This document shows, piece after piece, positions 18,761 to 26,642 of a stretch of DNA of 64,000 nucleotides. Every line of letters starts with the position of its first letter. Position 1 is the first letter of the stretch. Both the position numbers and the translations under genes were made by a program. Below the pieces are notes generated by a model. The model did not search any database. It saw only the letters and a program-made list of their open reading frames with translations, and was not told the DNA's origin. The stretch comes from Verrucomicrobiia bacterium (lineage in GTDB: Bacteria > Verrucomicrobiota > Verrucomicrobiia > Limisphaerales > UBA1100): assembly GCA_014239365.1 (NCBI GenBank), contig JAAZZB010000006.1, positions 6,307 through 70,306 on the forward strand, written 5' to 3'.

Positions 18761-18966
18761 GCCAAACAAATGCTTCATCCCGTCCGCCAAACCCTTCATT
18801 CCGTCCGTCAAACCCTTCATTCCGTCCGCCAAACCTTTCATTCCGTCCGCCAAACCCTTCATTCCGTCCGCCAAACCTTTCATTCCGTCCGCCAAACCTT
18901 TCATTCCGTCCGCCAAACCTTTCATTCCGTCCGCCAAACCTTTCATCCTGCCCGTTAAACCGTTGG
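18761..18966. repeat. 21-bp tandem repeat array, about 9.5 copies (unit GCCAAACCYTTCATTCCGTCC)
   Basis: Eight phased units at 18786-18953 (starts 18786, 18807, 18828, 18849, 18870, 18891, 18912, 18933) plus degenerate flanking units. There are no spacers between units. Confidence 0.9.
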
Positions 18967-19060
18967 ATTTGTTCCCTAAAACGGTGTTTTATGAAAAAAA
19001 CACTCTTTTCCAGTGATTTTCAGCTTTCCACTTCCCAGCGTCCATTAACCTCGGCACCCG

Positions 19061-19120
19061 AAAGGTAAGGCGCGCTGTCCCCAGCGCGCCGCGGCGGGGT
19101 GAGACACCCCGCCCTACCCC
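19061..19120. repeat. Composite REP (direct-repeat copy B)
   Basis: 58/59 identical to 18702-18760. Confidence 0.85.
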
Positions 19121-19260
19121 CACCATAACATCGCCAAGCTCAACTGGGGCAACCCAATGGCCTCTTTTCTCGCCACGTCAAAAAGGGGAGAACTGGCAGG
19201 GCGGACTCCCCGCAGTTGCCTTTTTCGCTTGGGCAGATACAATTGCACCCACACCAAGCC

Positions 19261-20247
19261 ATGAAGAAACTCATTCCATTACTCACACTCGTTTTTGTCA
19301 TTAACCTCGCGGGCGCTGCCGACGACAAGGCGACTTACGCCACGCCGGAGGCGGCGGCGGATAATCCGGACTTTGCCATTCAGGGCGAGTATAAGGGTGA
19401 TGGCGTGGATGGGAATGGAAACAACATTCCGTCCGGCATTCAGATTGTGGCGCTGGGCAAGGGGGAGTTTTCGGCAACAGTCTACCAAGGCGGGCTGCCC
19501 GGGGATGGCTGGGATAAGGATACGAAATGGAACTACACCGGCAAACGCCGCGGTGAGGACAAGGGGGTGTTTAAGAGCGAAGAGACGATGATTGTGCTGT
19601 ATTATAACAACGGCAACATCCTCGCCGCCAAGGGCGATCGCAAGGTGGGGCAGTTCAAAAAAATCACGCGCAAGTCGCCCACGCTCGGCGCGAAACCGCC
19701 CAAGGGTGCGGTGGTGCTTTTCGATGGCAAGGATACCGGCAAGCTCGACAAACCACGCATCACCGACGACGGCCTGCTGATGGAGGGCGTGATGACGAAG
19801 GGCGCGTTTCAGGATTTCAAACTGCACCTTGAATTTCGCCTGCCCTTTATGCCCGCCGCCCGCGGCCAAGCCCGCGCCAACAGCGGCGTGTATTTGCAGC
19901 GGCGGTACGAGACGCAGATTCTCGATTCCTTCGGCCTCGAACAAAAACACAACGACTGCGGCGGCATTTACCGGCAACGCGCCGCCAACTTAAATATGTG
20001 CTTCCCGCCGCTCACGTGGCAGACGTACGACATCGACTTCACCGCCGCGCGTTTCGATGACGACGGCAAAAAAACCAAGGGCGCGCTCATCACCGTGAAG
20101 CACAACGGCGAGCTCATCCACGATTATTACGAGCTGAAAAACAAAACCGGTGCCGGCCAAAAAGAAGGCCCCAATCCCCTGCCCATCCTCCTGCAAAACC
20201 ACGGCAACCCCGTGCGCTTCCGCAACTACTGGATTTTGAAAAAGTAA
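19261..20247 (+). CDS. DUF1080 (3-keto-disaccharide hydrolase-like, concanavalin-fold) secreted protein
   Basis: Signal peptide MKKLIPLLTLVFVINLAGA. FQDFKLHLEFRLP, ANSGVYLQRRYETQILDS, NDCGGIY, LQNHGNPVRFRNYWI. Confidence 0.85.
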   Translation: MKKLIPLLTLVFVINLAGAADDKATYATPEAAADNPDFAIQGEYKGDGVDGNGNNIPSGIQIVALGKGEFSATVYQGGLPGDGWDKDTKWNYTGKRRGEDKGVFKSEETMIVLYYNNGNILAAKGDRKVGQFKKITRKSPTLGAKPPKGAVVLFDGKDTGKLDKPRITDDGLLMEGVMTKGAFQDFKLHLEFRLPFMPAARGQARANSGVYLQRRYETQILDSFGLEQKHNDCGGIYRQRAANLNMCFPPLTWQTYDIDFTAARFDDDGKKTKGALITVKHNGELIHDYYELKNKTGAGQKEGPNPLPILLQNHGNPVRFRNYWILKK

Positions 20248-20249
20248 GA

Positions 20250-21185
20250 ATGGCGCAAACCGTCGCCACATTTTACTGCTTCACCCAACTGCACGATTGC
20301 GAGGACTGGCAAACGCGGCTGGAGGCCGAGTGCAAAACGCACGCGGTGAACGGCACCATCATCCTCGCCACCGAAGGCCTCAACGCCACCATCGCCGGGC
20401 CGAAGGCCGGAGTAGCAGCGGTGCTCGCATTCATCCGCAGCGATGCGCGTTTTGCTAAAATGCCGCATCGCGAATGCGAGACGGAACGCGAAACATTTCA
20501 CCGCTTGCGGATCATCATCCGCCCCGAAATTGTCACGCTCGGTGATCCAACCGTGAATCCCAACGACGCCGCAGGCGAATACGTTGCACCGGAAGATTGG
20601 GACGCGCTCATCAGCGATCCCGATATGCTGTTGATCGATACGCGCAACGATTACGAAGTGGAGCTCGGCACGTTCAAAAACGCCGTCAACCCAAACACCG
20701 CCGCCTTCGGCGAATGGGACGCGTTCGTCCAAAACAATCTCAGCGGTGATAAGCAACAAAAAGTGGCGATGTTTTGCACCGGCGGCATCCGCTGCGAAAA
20801 GGCATCCGCGCATTTGCTCAAGGAAGGATTTGAAAACGTGTATCACCTGCAAGGCGGCATCCTGAAATATTTGCAGGAAACGAAGTCCGACGAAAGTTTA
20901 TGGGAAGGCGAATGTTTTGTATTCGACCACCGCGTCACCGTCGTCCACGGCCTCGAGCGCGGCACCTGCGAAATCTGTTTCGGCTGCCGCTGGCCACTCA
21001 CGCCGGAAGACTTAGCCTCGCCCGCTTACGAGCCGGGCATTTGCTGCCCCCGCTGCAAAGACACCCTCACCCCCAAACTCCGCGCCCGCCGCGAAGAACG
21101 CCAACGCCAACAACTCCTCGCCCGCCAACGCGGCGAAAAACACATCGGCCAACACATCTCCACAACCGAAGGACCCGAGCAATAA
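20250..21185 (+). CDS. trhO: Rhodanese-domain tRNA U34 hydroxylase TrhO (YceA/UPF0176)
   Basis: VATFYCFTQL..., GTIILATEGLNATIAG, rhodanese active-site loop FCTGGIRCEKASAHL, and a C-terminal Cys cluster. Confidence 0.85.
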   Translation: MAQTVATFYCFTQLHDCEDWQTRLEAECKTHAVNGTIILATEGLNATIAGPKAGVAAVLAFIRSDARFAKMPHRECETERETFHRLRIIIRPEIVTLGDPTVNPNDAAGEYVAPEDWDALISDPDMLLIDTRNDYEVELGTFKNAVNPNTAAFGEWDAFVQNNLSGDKQQKVAMFCTGGIRCEKASAHLLKEGFENVYHLQGGILKYLQETKSDESLWEGECFVFDHRVTVVHGLERGTCEICFGCRWPLTPEDLASPAYEPGICCPRCKDTLTPKLRARREERQRQQLLARQRGEKHIGQHISTTEGPEQ

Positions 21186-21188
21186 CGG

Positions 21189-23456
21189 CTACTTCAGCAC
21201 GTTCACCGTGCAGTTGATTTCCGACTTCACAGGTTCACCCTTCGCGCCCTTGAGATTGTACTGAATGCGCAACGTCATGCACTGTTGTAGCTTGGGGATT
21301 TGGAGGAGCACCGTGCGGCCGTCGGCACTGAGTTTGGCGTTGGTGATTTCCAGTTTGTCGCGGCCCTGTTTTTTGGGATCGCTGACGAGGAAATCGCGCG
21401 ATCCATAGCCGGCGGTGCGGCGGTAGTTACACATCTCGGCGGCGTAACTTTCCGCATCCGCCGCAGTCTCGCGGTCGAGCGGTTCGCTGAAAGTGAGGCG
21501 CACACCTTTTTTGCTGACGGAATATTTTACCGGCACGTGCAGCGGTTTGCCGGTGTAACGGAAACGATAAAAGCCACCAGCCAAATGCTTGTTGCCCGCC
21601 CAGCCAAAAAGGCCACACGCATAAAGCTGGCCATCAACGGGATGGAAGCGCCCACGCATCACGCCAGTGGGAGTCTCGGCAATGGGCAACCGCGCCACGC
21701 CGCCCTGCGGGATGCCATCAACCATCTCGTACGGTACAGTAAACAGTCGACCGGTGCCGTAGCTTAAATTAATCAGCGAACCGTTCAGCGGCCCCCACTT
21801 ATCGCTGGTCACCCAAAGTTGCTGCGCGGGCGAGCGGTCGACGCTGTTGTGAATCCACACCACCGGCGGGTCGTATTTCGAGGGGTCGCGCCCGGGAACG
21901 TACGAGCCCATGTAGCCGTAAAAACCATCCTTGCGGACAAGGTTGATGCGGTTCTTCGGCGTCCAGTGGCCCTCTTGATCGCTGGCAAAAAAGGTGCCGT
22001 CGCCGTTCACGGTCACGCCGTTGGGCGCGCGGAAACCGTTGGCGATGCGCCAGCTTTTGGAACCGTCCTTGCTCACCTTGATGATGGAACCGTGATGCGG
22101 CACCAGCCCGCTCTTCGCGTGACGCGCGGCCTTGGCGAAATAAAAATTACCCGCCGCGTCCGTCTGCAAATCCATCGCGAACTCGTGGAAGTGCTCGGTC
22201 ACTTGATGGTCGTTATTGAAGCTCTCGTAAAAATCCATTTCGCCATCGCCATTCAAATCGTGCAACCGCGTGATCTGGTCACGGCAGCAAACATAAATCG
22301 TCTCATCGACAATCTTGAGCCCGAGCGGCTGGAACATCCCCGCCGCCACCCGCCGCCAAGTCAGCTTGCCCTTCGGTTGGTCGAGCCCGCTGACAATCCA
22401 AACATCGCCCTGCCAAGTGCACACCGCCGCCCGCTTGTTGTCCTTAAAAAAATCAAACCCACCGAGCCGCATCCACGACTTCCACGGATTCTTTTCCGGC
22501 AACTGAAACGTATCCGTCGCAAACGGCCCCGTGGCCAAGCCGGGCTGGATTTTCGTCTCCACCGTCTGCTTCCACTTTGCCAACCCGCCGCTGCTCAGTG
22601 CCAACAAGTTAGGCGGTGCGCCAGCCTTGTTCACAGCGGCGATTGCCTTTTCAAAAGCGTCCATCTCGCCGCGCTTGCCGCGCCAAATAATCACCTGCAA
22701 CTTGAGCGCCTTGTTCGCCGCCGGAATGCGGAGCCGAAGATTTTTGCCATCGCTCAAATCCCATAACCCCGAACCGCCCAACACCGCCGCGCAGACGACC
22801 GCGTCCTTCTTGGTTTTTACAAAAACAACATCCTTATTGCCGGCCAAATGCATCGCACCACCTTCGCCGCGCGCCACTTGCATTACGATTTGGCTCGGGC
22901 TCGGCGCCACGTGCAGGTTTCGAATGAACACATCATTGCCGTGTAACGAGGGCGACTCAAACACGCCGCGCGCGCCGATGGTGTACGAAAGCACCACGCG
23001 GCTTCCGTTCACATACAGCCCCTTGTAATGCGCCCAATCGCGCGGGAGCGGCCCGTACGGTTTTTTATCCAGTCCCTTCACGCGCACGGCATCAGCCCAC
23101 TCGCCCTTGGGACTGCGCCAGCCGAGGCCAACCGGATTCGTAAACACCTGCGCGCCGATAATCGAAGCGTGAGCGTTGTGGCGGCCGTCGAAAGCGATGC
23201 CGCGCCAGTCGATGAAGCCGCCGGTCCAGCCCACCGCGCAGTTCATCAAATCCGTGTCGTACAACATGAATGCGCCGCCTTTGGAAACCCCGCCCGCGCC
23301 GGCATCGAGCCGAATGGCGATGCCCTTGTTGACAATCCCCGCGCCCGGCACTTCCAGCGAAGTTGAAAGGTACGGCCCGTAATTCATCTCATCCCATTTG
23401 CCCGCAAAGGCATTCAGGGAAATGAGCGCGGCAAGAAAAAGCGTGATGCGTTTCAT
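21189..23456 (-). CDS. PVC-type 'membrane-bound dehydrogenase domain'-like beta-propeller protein (no heme-binding motif seen)
   Basis: Signal peptide. NGDGEMDFYESFNNDH and FGWAGNKHLAGGFYRFRYTGKP motifs, recalled from that family. The assignment is tentative. Confidence 0.6.
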   Translation of the reverse strand: MKRITLFLAALISLNAFAGKWDEMNYGPYLSTSLEVPGAGIVNKGIAIRLDAGAGGVSKGGAFMLYDTDLMNCAVGWTGGFIDWRGIAFDGRHNAHASIIGAQVFTNPVGLGWRSPKGEWADAVRVKGLDKKPYGPLPRDWAHYKGLYVNGSRVVLSYTIGARGVFESPSLHGNDVFIRNLHVAPSPSQIVMQVARGEGGAMHLAGNKDVVFVKTKKDAVVCAAVLGGSGLWDLSDGKNLRLRIPAANKALKLQVIIWRGKRGEMDAFEKAIAAVNKAGAPPNLLALSSGGLAKWKQTVETKIQPGLATGPFATDTFQLPEKNPWKSWMRLGGFDFFKDNKRAAVCTWQGDVWIVSGLDQPKGKLTWRRVAAGMFQPLGLKIVDETIYVCCRDQITRLHDLNGDGEMDFYESFNNDHQVTEHFHEFAMDLQTDAAGNFYFAKAARHAKSGLVPHHGSIIKVSKDGSKSWRIANGFRAPNGVTVNGDGTFFASDQEGHWTPKNRINLVRKDGFYGYMGSYVPGRDPSKYDPPVVWIHNSVDRSPAQQLWVTSDKWGPLNGSLINLSYGTGRLFTVPYEMVDGIPQGGVARLPIAETPTGVMRGRFHPVDGQLYACGLFGWAGNKHLAGGFYRFRYTGKPLHVPVKYSVSKKGVRLTFSEPLDRETAADAESYAAEMCNYRRTAGYGSRDFLVSDPKKQGRDKLEITNAKLSADGRTVLLQIPKLQQCMTLRIQYNLKGAKGEPVKSEINCTVNVLK

Positions 23457-23564
23457 AAGTGATCGACGGCGATTGTGGAGCAGCAACGGGCAGTGTCAAT
23501 AAAGACCGTTTTCATTTTCACCGTAATGGCTTGAGCCGGAACAGTAACGGATACTTCTGTGCAT

Positions 23565-25238
23565 TCACCGTGCAGTTGATTTCACCGGCTCGGGCTTCTT
23601 CGCGGGCGGCTTGGGCGGGAGCACGGTGAGCCAAAGGTGGGACGAGGTGGGGATGATAAAATCGGGGAAGCCTTGAGGGACGCCGTTGTTCACGCTGGCG
23701 CTGGTGAGGGCGACGGTGGCGGGCGCGGCGGGTTTACCTTCGGGCGTGATGGTAATGGCCAACGGGGCGTTGTGGGGCAGCGCGTCTTTGGCAGCGATGA
23801 GTTTTAGGGTGGCGGTGCCTTTCTTTTCCATGATGACGTGCGCGGCGCTCACCCCTTTGGGCAACTCTTTTGCGGCGACGGTGAGTTTGCCTTTGTAGCC
23901 GTCTAGGTAATTGATGGTCACCTTTACTTCGTTGGTGTCACCGGCATTTATGGCGAATTGCGGCGCGGCGACGGTAGCGCTGAAGCTGGGTTCGGGCTGG
24001 TGAATTTTCAGCGTATAAAAATATTCGCCGCCACCTTTGTGCAACAAACTGCGAACGACCGCGCAATAGCGGCCATCGGCGGGAGCCGTCCAGTTGAGCA
24101 ACGGGTCGCGGATTTTATTGGCGTCGTCGTTGTTGGTGAGTTCTTTGCCATCGGAATTCTCGACCGACACCCGCGCGTCCAGCAGGAAGCCAAGCGCAAA
24201 CGAATCGATATCCAGCCGATAGCGCGCGCCTTTCTTGGCGGTGAAAGCAAAGCGATCGATGTCGCCGGGCTTATCGATGCGGCCGGAAAGCGTCGCGGGC
24301 GCGGCGAAAGATTGCGCGGTCGCGTTGGTGTCGTTCGGCTCGCGCTCGGCAATTTGTGGCCACGGCGTCACCGGCAAACGCAGCGGGCCATTTGCGGCAT
24401 CTACCGCTAAAACGGTTTCGCGGTTGGAATTTTCGGGCGTGGCGGCGGAGGTATTTTTTAAGTTCCAGCCAATCAATCCAACGCTGCCTTTCGTGCCGGA
24501 CGTCGCTCCGTGCGGCCATCCGTGGCGGATCCACGGACCGTTGGTAAGAGTGATGCGGTAAACATGATTTGCGCCGCCGCTAAAACTCGAGGTGCTGTTC
24601 GCGGGGAATTTGAATGCGGCGACTTGCAACACATATTCGCCATCGCGATCGCATTTCCAAACGAGTCGCGGGTCGAGTGAGTGGGCGTCGTGATTAAAGG
24701 CAAGCTTCACGCCGCGTGGGTCGCGCAGCATCATCAGCGCATCCATCGAAACTCCGGCGGTGTACGCGTCTAGCTGCGCGATGAAAAACTGGCCGGCCTT
24801 GAGCTTGACGCGGTAGCTGTCCACATCGCCGCCGCTTTGCAGTTTGCCGTGGACGACCACTGGCAGCGCGTCCACCGCCTGCGGCGAGCGCATCTCGTTG
24901 TTCGGCTCCTTCTCCGGCACATCGGGCGCTTTGCTTACAAAAAAAACACGCGGCGGCGCGGTGCCGTTGCCGTCAAAAAAACGCACGAGATGAGGCCCGG
25001 GCGTGACGCCTTTGGCGACGGTGATTTTGAAGAACCCTTTTTTCTTCGCATCGGCTGTGATCGCAATTCCGGGATCGTCCGCCCAGGTTTTTATGGGCCA
25101 CTGAAACTTGCCGCCAATTTGCGCGAGCGCCTCGCTGCCGCGCTGGGCACCGATGGGAAAGAGCCATTCCACCTGCGGCGGCGCAGCGACTGCCGTGAGT
25201 GAAAATAGAATTGCCGCGATGGCCGCGCGGATCATCAC
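23565..25238 (-). CDS. Secreted protein with pre-peptidase C-terminal (PPC) type domains
   Basis: Signal peptide. Two EPN(N/D)...G.I...GD(V/I)D.(Y/F) modules (EKEPNNEMRSPQ...GGDVDSYRV and EREPNDTNATAQ...PGDIDRFAF). ATGA start/stop overlap with the upstream gene at 25235-25238. Confidence 0.7.
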   Translation of the reverse strand: MMIRAAIAAILFSLTAVAAPPQVEWLFPIGAQRGSEALAQIGGKFQWPIKTWADDPGIAITADAKKKGFFKITVAKGVTPGPHLVRFFDGNGTAPPRVFFVSKAPDVPEKEPNNEMRSPQAVDALPVVVHGKLQSGGDVDSYRVKLKAGQFFIAQLDAYTAGVSMDALMMLRDPRGVKLAFNHDAHSLDPRLVWKCDRDGEYVLQVAAFKFPANSTSSFSGGANHVYRITLTNGPWIRHGWPHGATSGTKGSVGLIGWNLKNTSAATPENSNRETVLAVDAANGPLRLPVTPWPQIAEREPNDTNATAQSFAAPATLSGRIDKPGDIDRFAFTAKKGARYRLDIDSFALGFLLDARVSVENSDGKELTNNDDANKIRDPLLNWTAPADGRYCAVVRSLLHKGGGEYFYTLKIHQPEPSFSATVAAPQFAINAGDTNEVKVTINYLDGYKGKLTVAAKELPKGVSAAHVIMEKKGTATLKLIAAKDALPHNAPLAITITPEGKPAAPATVALTSASVNNGVPQGFPDFIIPTSSHLWLTVLPPKPPAKKPEPVKSTAR

Positions 25239-26554
25239 GCGAAGAGTTCCTTGATGCGCGCGCCGCCGTCCACCAGTTGCACCGGCCGACCGGTGGCAGT
25301 GTGCAGCACCTGATGCGGATCGATGCCCAGCTTGCGGTAAAGCGACGCGGCAAAGTCTTCCGGCGTGTAAACATTCTCGGCGGCGTAGTAGCCCTTTGCG
25401 TCAGTGGCCCCGACGATTTGCCCACGCGGAATGCCCGCCCCGGCCATTAGCACGCTCATCGCGCCGGGCCAGTGATCGCGCCCGCCTCGCTTGTTTACTT
25501 TGGGAGTCCGACCAAATTCGCCGAGACAAACAACCATCGTGTCGTCCAATTGCCCACGCACATCGAGGTCATTGATCAACGCCGCGAGGCCCTGATCCCA
25601 GCTGGTCATAAACTTGCCGTTGAGCGTTTTGAAAATATTCGTGTGATGATCCCAGCCGCCGTAATAAACCGTGACGAACGACACGCCCACCTCCGTCAAG
25701 CGCCGCGCGAGTAACATCCGTTGGCCAAGCGAGTTGCGACCGTAAGCGTCGCGCACTTTATCGTCTTCCTTCGAAATATCAAACGCCTTTTGCGCGGCGG
25801 TCGAGGTGACAAGGTCGACGCCCTGCGCGTTGAAGCGGTCGAAACTCACCGCCGGATCCTTCGCCACCTTATCGGTGATGCGCAACAGGTTATCCAGTTC
25901 ACGGCGCAACACTTGTCGATTCTCCGCGCGACCCTCGCTGATGCCCTGCGGCAACACCACATCGCGCACCTTAAAACTTTTGTTGTTGGGATCGCCCGAG
26001 ATGACAAACGGCGCGTGCTCCGCACCCAGAAAATTCGGCCCGCCCGAACGGGTCATCCGGCCAAGGCTCATGTAAGGCGGCAACCCCTTGATCACGCCGC
26101 GCTCGTAACTGGTCATCGATCCAAATGACGGATGGAAGGTCACGAACGCGCCACAATTCACCGGCACCGGCGTCGGCCGACCGGTCATCATATAGTGATT
26201 GCCGCCCCCGTGATTCGGATCCTTATGCCAGATCGACCGCACGATCGTCACCTTGTCCGCCACCTTCGCCAAGTGCGGCACCTTGTCGCAAAAATTCACC
26301 CCCGGCACTCTCGTCTTCATCGCGCCAAACTCGCCGCGAATCTCTTTCGGCGCATCCGGTTTCGGATCGAACGTCTCATAATGTGACGGCCCGCCATCGA
26401 GCCAAACCAGTATGCAATTAATCTTCTTTCCCGCCTGCGCCTCCCGCGCCCGCAATAAATCCGCCAACCCCAGGCCCATCATCCCGCCCAAGCCCACCTG
26501 CAAAAAGTCCCGGCGACCCATTCCCGCGCAATTGTATTTTCTCCGGTTCATCAA
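25235..26554 (-). CDS. DUF1501 (sulfatase-fold) protein with Tat signal
   Basis: RRDFLQVGLGG twin-arginine motif and the GGRDHWP signature. Confidence 0.85.
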   Translation of the reverse strand: MMNRRKYNCAGMGRRDFLQVGLGGMMGLGLADLLRAREAQAGKKINCILVWLDGGPSHYETFDPKPDAPKEIRGEFGAMKTRVPGVNFCDKVPHLAKVADKVTIVRSIWHKDPNHGGGNHYMMTGRPTPVPVNCGAFVTFHPSFGSMTSYERGVIKGLPPYMSLGRMTRSGGPNFLGAEHAPFVISGDPNNKSFKVRDVVLPQGISEGRAENRQVLRRELDNLLRITDKVAKDPAVSFDRFNAQGVDLVTSTAAQKAFDISKEDDKVRDAYGRNSLGQRMLLARRLTEVGVSFVTVYYGGWDHHTNIFKTLNGKFMTSWDQGLAALINDLDVRGQLDDTMVVCLGEFGRTPKVNKRGGRDHWPGAMSVLMAGAGIPRGQIVGATDAKGYYAAENVYTPEDFAASLYRKLGIDPHQVLHTATGRPVQLVDGGARIKELFA

Positions 26555-26642
26555 AAAATTCAGCCCCCCTCAAGGCAGGCCATTTCGACGGATTAAAAGT
26601 GACACGAATTCATCACAGCCGACTATCGTAAATCACAAATGG

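Noticed and set aside
18755-18946. Minus-strand ORF encoding (MKGLADG)n as a real repetitive peptide gene.
   Set aside because: The open frame is an automatic consequence of a 21-bp period. There is no convincing ribosome-binding site or promoter. It is kept only as a speculative note within the tandem-repeat finding.
18761-18966. The tandem 21-bp array considered as a CRISPR array.
   Set aside because: The units are directly abutting with no unique spacers. The unit is too short, it is not palindromic, and no cas genes are nearby.
18984-19010. Hairpin GTGTTTT-ATGAAA-AAAACAC followed by TCTTTTCC, considered as a terminator.
   Set aside because: The stem is AT-rich and only 7 bp, no gene ends just upstream, and the predicted stability is low.
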